Numbered from the stretch's first letter, positions 9,630-16,570 are shown. The stretch: DNA of 64,000 nt from Patescibacteria group bacterium (GCA_040384745.1 JAZKIT010000002.1:87425-151424); one strand, 5' to 3'. A program made the numbers and translations. The notes: a model not told the origin generated them from the sequence alone.

Positions 9630-9919
9630 TGAACCTTCTGTCTTACCTTGCGGCTCGAATTCCGGCTGGTGGCGAAACGGGTATTCCTGTCGTCACCGCT
9701 GAAAACGCGGTGAACGGTATTTTGAATACGGTGTACCTTGCTGCTGGAATTATTGCGGTCATCGTCATTATCATTAGCGGTATGTTTTATGTCATTTCGC
9801 AGGGTGACCCAAGTAAGATCAAGCGCGCGAAGGATGGTATATTATATTCGGTCGTCGGGCTTGTGGTCGTACTGTTCGCATTCATCGTGACGAATTATGT
9901 AATAGGAAGGTTTGTGTAG
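9626..9919 (+). CDS. T4SS-pilin-like small membrane protein, copy P3 (short, no Cys loop, no obvious signal peptide)
   Basis: A GTG/ATG start overlaps the P2 stop. The C-terminal pattern is SGMFYVISQGDPSKIKRAKDGILYSVVGLVVVLFAFIVTNYV. Confidence 0.65.
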   Translation: MMNLLSYLAARIPAGGETGIPVVTAENAVNGILNTVYLAAGIIAVIVIIISGMFYVISQGDPSKIKRAKDGILYSVVGLVVVLFAFIVTNYVIGRFV

Positions 9920-9923
9920 CATT

Positions 9924-10301
9924 ATGATGAGGCAAAAAATGAAGCGTATCGTATTGGCTGTCGCCATGGTACTTGGCGCCGGGGTATTCGCGGCTCTGCC
10001 GGCTGGAGCGATTAACGTATATAAGGCATGTAACGCAGCCAATGCATCTGAACCGGTTTGTCAGGCAACTGGCGAGACGGTCGATGGACCTGTTCAGGCG
10101 GTGATATCGACGTTGCTCGTTGTGATCGGAATCGTTGCGGTTATCATGATTATCGTAGGCGGCATTCGGTACACTCTGTCGAATGGCGATGCCTCACAAA
10201 TCAAATCGGCCAAGGACACTATTTTGTACGCGGTTATTGGGCTGGTCGTGGCAATAATGGCCTATGCGATTGTTAACTTCGTAGTATCACGGTTCGTCTA
10301 A
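9924..10301 (+). CDS. T4SS-pilin-like small membrane protein, copy P4
   Basis: It has a signal peptide (ALPAGA), the Cys loop ACNAANASEPVC and the conserved GGIRYTLSNGDASQIKSAKDTILYAVIGLVVAIMAYAIVNFV. The start is uncertain (9924, 9927 or 9939). Confidence 0.7.
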   Translation: MMRQKMKRIVLAVAMVLGAGVFAALPAGAINVYKACNAANASEPVCQATGETVDGPVQAVISTLLVVIGIVAVIMIIVGGIRYTLSNGDASQIKSAKDTILYAVIGLVVAIMAYAIVNFVVSRFV

Positions 10302-10317
10302 AAATTATTAAGGAGAA

Positions 10318-10737
10318 ATGAATATGATAACGACACTTCTGCACAAACTAAAGATCTCAGTATTTGTCGCTGCTGGTATAGTAGCGATCGGTTTAGCCTC
10401 GCCTGCCCCGGCGGCGATGGCGATTGACTGTGGCACTGGCGGCACCGACGCCGGCAAACCGGCCTGTAAAGTCCAACAGGGTGTTACTAAGGCGGGCGGT
10501 GCCGGTCAAGATCTTCAGCCGCAGATTCAGAACGCTATCAATGTGCTGCTGTTCATCATTGGTGTGGTTGCGGTCATCATGATTATTCTTGGTGGACTAC
10601 GGTACATCCTGTCGAATGGCGACTCGGCCCAGATTACCAGTGCTAAGAACACTATTTTGTACGCGGTCATCGGACTCGTCGTTGCACTCCTCGCCTATGC
10701 GATTGTTAACTTCGTAGTGGTGCAGTTTGTAGCATAA
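10318..10737 (+). CDS. T4SS-pilin-like small membrane protein, copy P5
   Basis: AAGGAG lies 4 nt upstream. It has a signal peptide, the Cys loop DCGTGGTDAGKPAC and the conserved GGLRYILSNGDSAQITSAKNTILYAVIGLVVALLAYAIVNFV. Confidence 0.75.
   Translation: MNMITTLLHKLKISVFVAAGIVAIGLASPAPAAMAIDCGTGGTDAGKPACKVQQGVTKAGGAGQDLQPQIQNAINVLLFIIGVVAVIMIILGGLRYILSNGDSAQITSAKNTILYAVIGLVVALLAYAIVNFVVVQFVA
10615..10682 (+). repeat. 68-nt block identical to 11053..11120 (P5/P6)
   Basis: The string aatggcgactcggcccagattaccagtgctaagaacactattttgtacgcggtcatcggactcgtcgt is read identically in both genes, while the flanking codons differ at many synonymous sites. Confidence 0.9.
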
Positions 10738-10770
10738 TGAAACAATTTGGAAAGAAAGGTACTAATTAAA

Positions 10771-11190
10771 GTGAAATCAATACTATACTCGTTCATTACT
10801 CGAACTATGGTTGCGGCGTTTATGGTTATCGGGGCGACCGTCGCGGTCGTGCCAGCACTGACGGTTCAGGCCGCCTGCGACACGACGGCAAAAGTTACCG
10901 GTGTCGGTCAAGGTGCGGAGTGTAGCAAGTCTGCCCAGCAGCGAGGCAATCTTGGTAATGTTATTGAAACCGTGACAAATGTCCTACTGTTCATCATCGG
11001 AGCGATCGCGGTCATCATGATTATCATCGGTGCTATCAAGTACACCGTCAGCAATGGCGACTCGGCCCAGATTACCAGTGCTAAGAACACTATTTTGTAC
11101 GCGGTCATCGGACTCGTCGTCGCGCTGCTTGCTTATGCGATTGTTAAATTCGTTACCGACGCATTTATCATGAAGCCTGGAGTCTCGTAG
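10771..11190 (+). CDS. T4SS-pilin-like small membrane protein, copy P6
   Basis: It has the Cys loop ACDTTAKVTGVGQGAEC and the conserved GAIKYTVSNGDSAQITSAKNTILYAVIGLVVALLAYAIVKFV. The start is uncertain (GTG 10771 or TTG 10747). Confidence 0.7.
   Translation: MKSILYSFITRTMVAAFMVIGATVAVVPALTVQAACDTTAKVTGVGQGAECSKSAQQRGNLGNVIETVTNVLLFIIGAIAVIMIIIGAIKYTVSNGDSAQITSAKNTILYAVIGLVVALLAYAIVKFVTDAFIMKPGVS
11053..11120 (+). repeat. 68-nt block identical to 10615..10682
   Basis: Same string as at 10615..10682. Confidence 0.9.
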
Positions 11191-11262
11191 CTGATAGCCC
11201 TTAACATTCACACCGACATCTGATATAAAAGAAGCAAGATTACCTGAAAGGAATACACAATT

Positions 11263-11667
11263 ATGAAAACAGCAATCACTAACATGGCGAAAGGCCTATT
11301 GGTTGTTCCGGCGCTCGCGCTCGCGCTAAGCTTTGCGGCGGTGCCAGCGGCCGAAACAACTTCAGCCTTCGATCAAGGCATTACTGACGGTGCCAATTCG
11401 GCACAAGGCACGGACCAACAGTCGGACCTATTTGGCACGACCGGTATCTTCCGCACCATTACTAACGTTCTATTGTTCCTTATCGGTGCAGTATCGGTGA
11501 TCATGCTGATCATCGGTGGTATTCGTTACACCGTTTCTGGCGGTGATAGCACGGCGGTTACCGGTGCGAAGAACACCATCCTCTATGCGATTGTTGGAAT
11601 CGTCGTCGCGCTACTGGCATTTGCCGTGGTCAACTTCGTACTCGGCAGTTTCTCTACTGATAACTAG
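11263..11667 (+). CDS. T4SS-pilin-like small membrane protein, copy P7 (no Cys loop)
   Basis: AAAGGA lies upstream. It has a signal peptide (VPAAET) and the conserved FRTITNVLLFLIGAVSVIMLIIGGIRYTVSGGDSTAVTGAKNTILYAIVGIVVALLAFAVVNFV. Its closest relative is the remote copy at 13534..13941. Confidence 0.75.
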   Translation: MKTAITNMAKGLLVVPALALALSFAAVPAAETTSAFDQGITDGANSAQGTDQQSDLFGTTGIFRTITNVLLFLIGAVSVIMLIIGGIRYTVSGGDSTAVTGAKNTILYAIVGIVVALLAFAVVNFVLGSFSTDN

Positions 11668-11694
11668 TCCCCCGCGCATCTAGTCGCAAAAAAA

Positions 11695-11723
11695 CCACTG
11701 GTCAAGTCACCAGTGGTTTTTTT
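11695..11723. terminator. Rho-independent terminator after the pilin-like array (bidirectional shape)
   Basis: CCACTGGT-caagtc-ACCAGTGG followed by T7 and preceded by A7. Confidence 0.8.
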
Positions 11724-11762
11724 ATTGAAACCAAGTACTGACAGTACTTGTGCCGCTGTCTA

Positions 11763-11800
11763 AATAAAAATACCGCCCGAGTGTAGGGGCGGTATTTTTT
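11763..11800. terminator. Bidirectional terminator, serves hsp20 on the minus strand
   Basis: TACCGCCC-gagtgtag-GGGCGGTA flanked by an A-run and T6. Confidence 0.8.
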
Positions 11801-11815
11801 ATAGCTTTTTAAAAT

Positions 11816-12304
11816 CTAGTTGATCATGATTTTCTTAGCTTGCTCTTGCTTCACTTTACCGAAGCTAATGGTCAGGACGCCGTCCTTCAACATTGCTTCG
11901 ACTTCATCTTCTCTGACTGCAACAGGCAATGCGACTGTGCGGCTAAATTCGCCCCAGTAACATTCCTGGATGTGCCAGTTTGTCGCGTCGCTATCATCGC
12001 CGCTCGAAAGCGTGCCGCTGATAGTCAGAATGCCGTCAGAAATACTGACATCAAGGTCTTCTTTGTTCACACCTGCGGTGCGAGCTTTTACGACCAGCTT
12101 CTCGTCCGTTTCGTAAACGTCGACAGCCAGTTGTCCAGGAAAATCTTCTTCCCCTTCTTCCCAGTTGTCGTCGCTACCCTGCGGTGCAGCTTGCTGCGGT
12201 GCGTCACTTTGCTGGGTCAGTTCGTCGTCGTTTAAAAACGCCGCTGCCAGCTCATCTTCAATTAATAAATCATCGTTTTGTTTACGGGCCATTGGTTCCT
12301 CCAC
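11816..12304 (-). CDS. Hsp20/alpha-crystallin family small heat-shock protein
   Basis: It has an acidic N-terminus and an alpha-crystallin core (LAVDVYETDEKLVVKARTAGVNKEDLDVSISDGILTISG...GEFSRTVALPVAVREDEVEAMLKDGVLTISFGK). A GGAGG SD is present. Confidence 0.9.
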   Translation of the reverse strand: MEEPMARKQNDDLLIEDELAAAFLNDDELTQQSDAPQQAAPQGSDDNWEEGEEDFPGQLAVDVYETDEKLVVKARTAGVNKEDLDVSISDGILTISGTLSSGDDSDATNWHIQECYWGEFSRTVALPVAVREDEVEAMLKDGVLTISFGKVKQEQAKKIMIN

Positions 12305-12339
12305 TTTACCTCAGACACTATTGACAAGTAGTCACCTTC

Positions 12340-12368
12340 AGTATAACTAATGCTTATTGTATAATCAA
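12340..12368 (-). promoter_or_regulatory. hsp20 promoter, overlapping the divergent comF -10 box
   Basis: The minus strand reads TTGATT, a 17-nt spacer, then TATACT. On the plus strand TTGTATAAT (12357-12365) faces comF. Confidence 0.5.
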
Positions 12369-12399
12369 CGCTACAGGGGTCTTAAACGTAAAAAGCACA

Positions 12400-13065
12400 A
12401 TGATTAACAAGCTATTACAAATCGTTGCTCCACACTACTGTTATGGTTGCGGAAAAGTGGGTGCCGTACTATGTCCTAATTGTAAATACGACATCGTTGA
12501 TGAGTCAATAACGGTTTGTATCGTGTGCCAAATGCCTTCAAGCGTTGGTATCTGTAGTGATTGCCATACTTCGTATACCCGGGCATGGTGTGTTGGTAAT
12601 CGTGAAGGCGTATTACGCAACATTTTGAATGCTTATAAGTTTGAGCGTGTCGTCGACATGGCTATGGCAGCAGCGTCGTTGCTTGACGAGGTGCTGCCCT
12701 CTTTGCCGCCCGACACGACTATTGTTCCGGTACCAACCGTAGCTTCGCATATACGGCAGCGAGGCTACGATCACACATTGCTCATCGCGAGAGCTTTAGG
12801 GAAGAAGCGGGAGATTCCGGTCGAGCTGCTGCTAAGCCATATTGGGTCAAGCGTGCAGCGAGGTAAGTCAAAGAAGGAGCGGTTTCAACAAGCCGAACAG
12901 GCGTATGAATGTCGGAGTTCGGCTAGCCCGGACGCGACCTACCTGCTGATTGATGACGTGGTGACGACCAATGCGACGCTACGTTCGTGTGCCGCAGAGC
13001 TCCGCCGCGCGGGTGCGCAGTCGGTCTGGGTCGCCGTGCTGGCCCGGCAAGCTCTCGACAAGTAG
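12400..13065 (+). CDS. comF: ComF family protein (ComFC-like phosphoribosyltransferase-fold competence protein)
   Basis: It has N-terminal Cys clusters (CYGCGK..CPNC..CIVC..CSDC) and the PRT-type motif LLIDDVVTTNATL. Confidence 0.85.
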   Translation: MINKLLQIVAPHYCYGCGKVGAVLCPNCKYDIVDESITVCIVCQMPSSVGICSDCHTSYTRAWCVGNREGVLRNILNAYKFERVVDMAMAAASLLDEVLPSLPPDTTIVPVPTVASHIRQRGYDHTLLIARALGKKREIPVELLLSHIGSSVQRGKSKKERFQQAEQAYECRSSASPDATYLLIDDVVTTNATLRSCAAELRRAGAQSVWVAVLARQALDK

Positions 13066-13096
13066 GCCTGACATCTGTTAAAATTGCCGAGTGCCT

Positions 13097-13186
13097 GGAG
13101 AGGTGACCGAGTGGTTTATGGTAACGGTCTTGAAAACCGTCGTGGTGTTAAAGCTACCGAGAGTTCGAATCTCTCCCTCTCCGCCA
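13097..13186 (+). tRNA. tRNA-Ser (anticodon UGA), CCA encoded
   Basis: Acceptor GGAGAGG/CCTCTCC. Anticodon stem ACGGT/ACCGT with loop CTTGAAA. Long variable arm. T-arm with GTTCGAATC. Confidence 0.9.
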
Positions 13187-13221
13187 AGAAAAACGACGAC
13201 CGTCTGGTCGTCATTTTTCTT
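13187..13221. terminator. Hairpin terminator after tRNA-Ser(UGA), bidirectional shape
   Basis: AAGAAAAAC-GACGACC-gtct-GGTCGTC-ATTTTTCTT. Confidence 0.75.
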
Positions 13222-13508
13222 GGCTGTTCGGTTAAGATTTGAACTCTCGGGTGCCGCGAAGTGGCACGAACCGAGAGTTCGGTGCAGCGAATGAAGTGAA
13301 AAAGTGTTTACATTTTTTCACGAACGAGCGGAAAAGCAATCTATGATTGCGCTATCTTTCTCTTCTCTGGGGGGGGTGACCGCCCGATGAGCCCTGCGTA
13401 AGCACTCATCGGGCGGGACTGGCGGTAGTGGGAACCCGGAGGGGCAATGCTCTAGGCAGAGCGCCTGGGTCGGACTTCCGTCAATCTAAGCTCCCTCTTC
13501 AGGAGCCT
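13222..13508 (-). ncRNA. Candidate structured non-coding RNA of unknown class. Strand and ends are tentative.
   Basis: This non-coding block is GC-rich, whereas the other spacers are AT-rich. It contains several strong hairpins: an 11-bp stem CGCCCGATGAG/CTCATCGGGCG, GCTCT/AGAGC, GCAATC/GATTGC and GTGAAAAA/TTTTTCAC. A G8 run sits at 13369-13376. The minus-strand extended -10 TGCTAAAAT (13515-13523) lies just after the P8 stop, and the bidirectional terminator at 13187-13221 could end the transcript. Confidence 0.35.
13236..13281 (+). repeat. Hairpin built from copies of the upstream tRNA T-arm (element A)
   Basis: The 5' arm gatttgaactctcgg is the reverse complement of tRNA positions 13157-13171 (14 of 15). 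The 3' arm ccgagagttcg is an exact 11-nt direct copy of 13157-13167. There is an inner hairpin GTGCC-gcgaagt-GGCAC. Confidence 0.8.
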
Positions 13509-13533
13509 GTCTCTATTTTAGCAGGGGTAATCC

Positions 13534-13941
13534 CTAGACGTTCGTACCAGCAGAACTACCGGCGGTAAAGCTGTTGAGTACGAAGTTGATGATGGCGTAG
13601 GCCAGTAAGGCCACGATAACACCGACGATGGCATACAAAATGGTGTTCTTGGCCGCCGTGACCGCTGTGGCGTTGCCGCCAGACACGACGTAGCGCAGCC
13701 CACCGATGATAATCATGATGACTGAAATCGCGCCAAGTACGAACAGCAGGACGTTGGTAATAGTTCGAAAGATACCAGTTTGGCCGAACAAGTCGGTTGT
13801 CTGGTCAGTTCCGCGGGCAGAATCGGCGCCACCCTGTATGCTGCCGTCGAATCCCATGGCGGTCGGTACGACCATGACCGCAAGTGACAGTGATGCGACA
13901 AGAATTGATGGAGCAAGGCTTCGGATAACGTTCTTGATCAT
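13534..13941 (-). CDS. T4SS-pilin-like small membrane protein, remote copy P8
   Basis: AAAGGA lies 5 nt upstream of the ATG at 13941. FRTITNVLLFVLGAISVIMIIIGGLRYVVSGGNATAVTAAKNTILYAIVGVIVALLAYAIINFV is close to P7 at the protein level. Confidence 0.75.
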   Translation of the reverse strand: MIKNVIRSLAPSILVASLSLAVMVVPTAMGFDGSIQGGADSARGTDQTTDLFGQTGIFRTITNVLLFVLGAISVIMIIIGGLRYVVSGGNATAVTAAKNTILYAIVGVIVALLAYAIINFVLNSFTAGSSAGTNV

Positions 13942-14142
13942 GAGGTTCCTTTGATTAATCGTTATCTTTAATATAAGCAATGCTACGCGAAAAGTCTACC
14001 CACCCGCCCCTGTTATGTGCTACAATTACTCAAGTTGGCGCCCAAGTGGCTGCTGCGTGAAACGCAAATCAAAGACGGTTAAACCGGCCCCGCGGTATGC
14101 TTTCACCGGTACATTCTGAAGCGCGAACGACTTATGCCCTAC

Positions 14143-14235
14143 GGAGGGGTACCCAAGTGGCTTAAGGGGACGGTTTGCTAAATCGTTAGTCCGGAGAGAT
14201 CTGGAGCGGGAGTTCGAATCTCCCCTCCTCCGCCA
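14143..14235 (+). tRNA. tRNA-Ser (anticodon GCU), CCA encoded
   Basis: Acceptor GGAGGGG/CTCCTCC. Anticodon stem ACGGT/ATCGT with loop TTGCTAA. Long variable arm. T-arm GGGAG-TTCGAAT-CTCCC. Confidence 0.9.
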
Positions 14236-14270
14236 AATTAAAGTCCGACCATCCGGTCGGTTTTTAATTT
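14236..14270 (+). terminator. Hairpin terminator after tRNA-Ser(GCU)
   Basis: CCGACC-atcc-GGTCGG followed by T5, flanked by AAATTAAA/TTTTTAATTT. Confidence 0.75.
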
Positions 14271-14281
14271 GCTTTGGACGT

Positions 14282-14333
14282 GAAATTCGAACTCCCGCGC
14301 GACTTGCTGAAAGCAAATTGGCGGCAAGTTCGG
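14282..14333 (+). repeat. Hairpin containing an inverted copy of the upstream tRNA T-arm (element B)
   Basis: gaaattcgaactcccgc is the reverse complement of tRNA positions 14206-14222 (15 of 17). It pairs with gcggcaagttcgg and has an inner hairpin TTGCT-gaa-AGCAA. Confidence 0.7.
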
Positions 14334-14387
14334 CAGACGCTGTTATTTTAATTGACTCCTCTACACGTGACATTCATAATGCTCTTA

Positions 14388-14957
14388 ATGCTTAAACACA
14401 AACATAATGGATTTACGATAGTCGAATTACTCATCGTAATCGTCGTTATTGGGATTCTTGCGGCAATAACCATCGTTGCCTATAACGGTATTCAGGTCAG
14501 GGCTAAAAATACATCCGCTGCTTCAACCGCTAAAGGAATGGTTTCTATGCTCAAGACGTATTCTGTTAGTAATACGACATTACAAGCAAATACCGTTACT
14601 AAAGACCACCTTTGCTTAGGCAACCCAGGAGAGTTCCCTGCGATTTCTGGAATGGGAGCTGGGGAATGTCGTAACGACATTGGCATGGGAAATTGGAAAG
14701 CTGATGATAATTTCGCGTCCGAGCTTGGCAAAGTCGGTAGGGCATCGAGTGCTACAGCGCTAGTGACTGCAACCGACGGCCAAAGGTATAGGGGCATTTG
14801 GTACGACGATAATAGCGCTACCGACCCTAGGGTTTACTATGCACTTCAAGGAGCAAGCCAAACGTGTGCAGTGAGCGGGGCGACTGCAGTGAGCGGTAAT
14901 GGAATTACTATATGCAACGTCAGAATAGACTTCATGATTAACTACCTCGCCCCCTAG
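14388..14957 (+). CDS. Type IV pilin (prepilin N-terminal cleavage/methylation domain)
   Basis: MLKHKHNG|FTIVELLIVIVVIGILAAITIVAYNG is a class III signal peptide. CATAAT (14375-14380) lies 7 nt upstream and there is no SD. Two upstream in-frame ATGs are less likely. Confidence 0.85.
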   Translation: MLKHKHNGFTIVELLIVIVVIGILAAITIVAYNGIQVRAKNTSAASTAKGMVSMLKTYSVSNTTLQANTVTKDHLCLGNPGEFPAISGMGAGECRNDIGMGNWKADDNFASELGKVGRASSATALVTATDGQRYRGIWYDDNSATDPRVYYALQGASQTCAVSGATAVSGNGITICNVRIDFMINYLAP

Positions 14958-15040
14958 TACGTTGCAAATTAGAGCATCTAGCGAGTTCACTTTTGGATAC
15001 GGAGACGCGGTTAACTGGTTCATTTAGTTCGGTGAAGTGA

Positions 15041-15071
15041 ATGAAAGAAAGCGCAAAGCACTTTCTTTCAT
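15041..15071. terminator. Bidirectional hairpin between the convergent pilin genes
   Basis: ATGAAAGAAAGCGC-aaa-GCACTTTCTTTCAT (13 of 14 bp). Confidence 0.6.
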
Positions 15072-15117
15072 GAATGAGTGGAAGGGCCAGCTCGCTGGCG
15101 ATAATCCCCTCCCTATC

Positions 15118-15642
15118 TTAAAGTTGGACGGGCATGGCCGTCCGGCATATGGTGCCGGACCCATTGGGGGCCGAATTGAGGAAATAGCCGCTACTGATTA
15201 CAGGGCATGTCACGCTGGACTGTAGGATGTACGCGATATACCAGCCGGTGTAGTTACCGCCTTTAGTCGTGTCGGGTTCGGTGCCGTAAGAGAGGGTCAT
15301 ATTAGCGGGAGCGGGTTGTGTGGGATAGCTTGGCGATACCTGTCTAAGAGCAGTCATGAGAATATCGCTATCTGCCTGAACTGCGCCTGCCCAGCAGCTC
15401 GCCGTGCCGTCGAAGCATGCTCTTAAGGTCAGCCCTGCTGGGTATGAACCGTTTTGCACCAAGTAAAGACGGAGTGTCTTGGCATGGGTTGAGACAATTG
15501 AGTGCGTTTGGGTGTTGGCAGTTTTGGTTTTGACTCCGTTGAACGCAATGACGGCGATACTGGCGAGAACACCGATGACCACGATGACGATCAGGAGTTC
15601 GACTATCGTGAAGCCGCGATTGATTTGTAGCATTTTGCCCAT
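15118..15642 (-). CDS. Type IV pilin
   Basis: MGKMLQINRG|FTIVELLIVIVVIGVLASIAVIAFNG. The minus-strand TGCTATACT (15651-15659) lies 8 nt upstream of the ATG. Confidence 0.85.
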   Translation of the reverse strand: MGKMLQINRGFTIVELLIVIVVIGVLASIAVIAFNGVKTKTANTQTHSIVSTHAKTLRLYLVQNGSYPAGLTLRACFDGTASCWAGAVQADSDILMTALRQVSPSYPTQPAPANMTLSYGTEPDTTKGGNYTGWYIAYILQSSVTCPVISSGYFLNSAPNGSGTICRTAMPVQL

Positions 15643-15713
15643 TACGGTTCAGTATAGCAATACTCTTTATGTGCTGCCCATTTCGCTCATGCTCCTCGTG
15701 ATATACTATCCCC

Positions 15714-16268
15714 ATGCAACCAGAGCCGCCAATCGCCCCAGCCACTCCCGTAACGGAGCCAGTTCAGGCTTCTGAAATGCCGGTTACCGAATCGACCGAT
15801 CTTCCCGAGATCCAGCCGGTTCAATGGCAGGCACCAGAGTATACCCAGGAACAACGATCACCATGGTGGTTCGTCGGCTTTTGGGTCGTAACCGTTCTTC
15901 TGATGGTAATCGCCGCTTTTGTTATGAAGTCATGGTCGTTCGCAATTTTGGTGCCAGCAATGGCCGCCGCACTCATGATTTACTCGCACCGGCCGCCCCG
16001 GATGCTCAATTACGTATTAAGCAGTAAGGGTGTCTATATTAATGAAAAGCTCCATCCGATGGGTGAATTCAAGAGTTTTGGCATTATGAAAGACGAGTCG
16101 ATACCGAGTCTTATGCTCATTCCGATTAAGCGATTTCGCCCCGGACTGACGCTACACTTCCCTGCCGAATACGGCGAAGCAATCGTCGACCTACTTGGTC
16201 AGCGCATCCCAATGCAGGAACTGACACTCGACTTGTTTGATAAGGTGATTCGTAAACTTCACATTTAG
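15714..16268 (+). CDS. Hypothetical membrane protein (two TM helices, Pro/Glu-rich N-terminus)
   Basis: Clean 184-aa ORF. TM pair WWFVGFWVVTVLLMVIAAFVM / FAILVPAMAAALMIY. No recognised motif. Confidence 0.6.
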   Translation: MQPEPPIAPATPVTEPVQASEMPVTESTDLPEIQPVQWQAPEYTQEQRSPWWFVGFWVVTVLLMVIAAFVMKSWSFAILVPAMAAALMIYSHRPPRMLNYVLSSKGVYINEKLHPMGEFKSFGIMKDESIPSLMLIPIKRFRPGLTLHFPAEYGEAIVDLLGQRIPMQELTLDLFDKVIRKLHI

Positions 16269-16439
16269 TTGAACTTAGTATCGGTTCTCCTTTCAATTCT
16301 AAAAAGAATCAATGCTAGGTTTCGGTTGCCCGGACCACCTCTGTTATGCTACAATCAATCCTGTTCGTCTTTCATAGACCGAAGGCACCTTATAGTTACA
16401 ACACTGGGGGCACGTACCAAATTTTCGTGCCTTTAGTAA

Positions 16440-16516
16440 GCACCCGTAGCTCAGCTGGATAGAGTGTCGGCTTGCGGAGCCGAAGGCCAGTGGTTCGAAT
16501 CCACTCGGGTGTACCA
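16440..16516 (+). tRNA. tRNA-Arg (anticodon GCG), CCA encoded
   Basis: Acceptor GCACCCG/CGGGTGT. Anticodon stem TCGGC/GCCGA with loop TTGCGGA. T-arm AGTGG-TTCGAAT-CCACT. Confidence 0.85.
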
Positions 16517-16553
16517 AGAAAATAAGGTTAGCGAAAGCTAGCCTTATTTTCTT
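16517..16553 (+). terminator. Hairpin terminator after tRNA-Arg
   Basis: AAATAAGGTTAGC-gaaa-GCTAGCCTTATTT followed by TC TT. Confidence 0.7.
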
Positions 16554-16570
16554 GGTATTTCGTTGCGTTT

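Noticed and set aside
13091-13294. 67-aa ORF, together with the 115-aa ORF at 14026..14373
   Set aside because: Both run through tRNA-Ser genes and their terminators, so they are not credible coding regions.
13370-13510. RNase P RNA, tmRNA, SRP RNA or 6S RNA identity for the structured block
   Set aside because: The minus strand has GGAAGUCCG (CR-I-like, but one A short) and ACCGCC plus a hairpin (P12-like). I found no P4 3' strand (ACAGAA..GGCUUA type) and no GGUGAAA-type regions. There is no tRNA-like acceptor or T-arm with CCA and no tag ORF ending in ..LAA. There is no GGAAGCAGC SRP motif and no end-to-end pairing as in 6S RNA. It is kept only as an unclassified candidate.
11263-13941. 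Invertible segment bounded by the inverted paralogues P7 and P8
   Set aside because: The two genes are similar as proteins, but their DNA shares no identical run longer than about 11 nt. Homologous or site-specific inversion is therefore not supported, and no recombinase is nearby.
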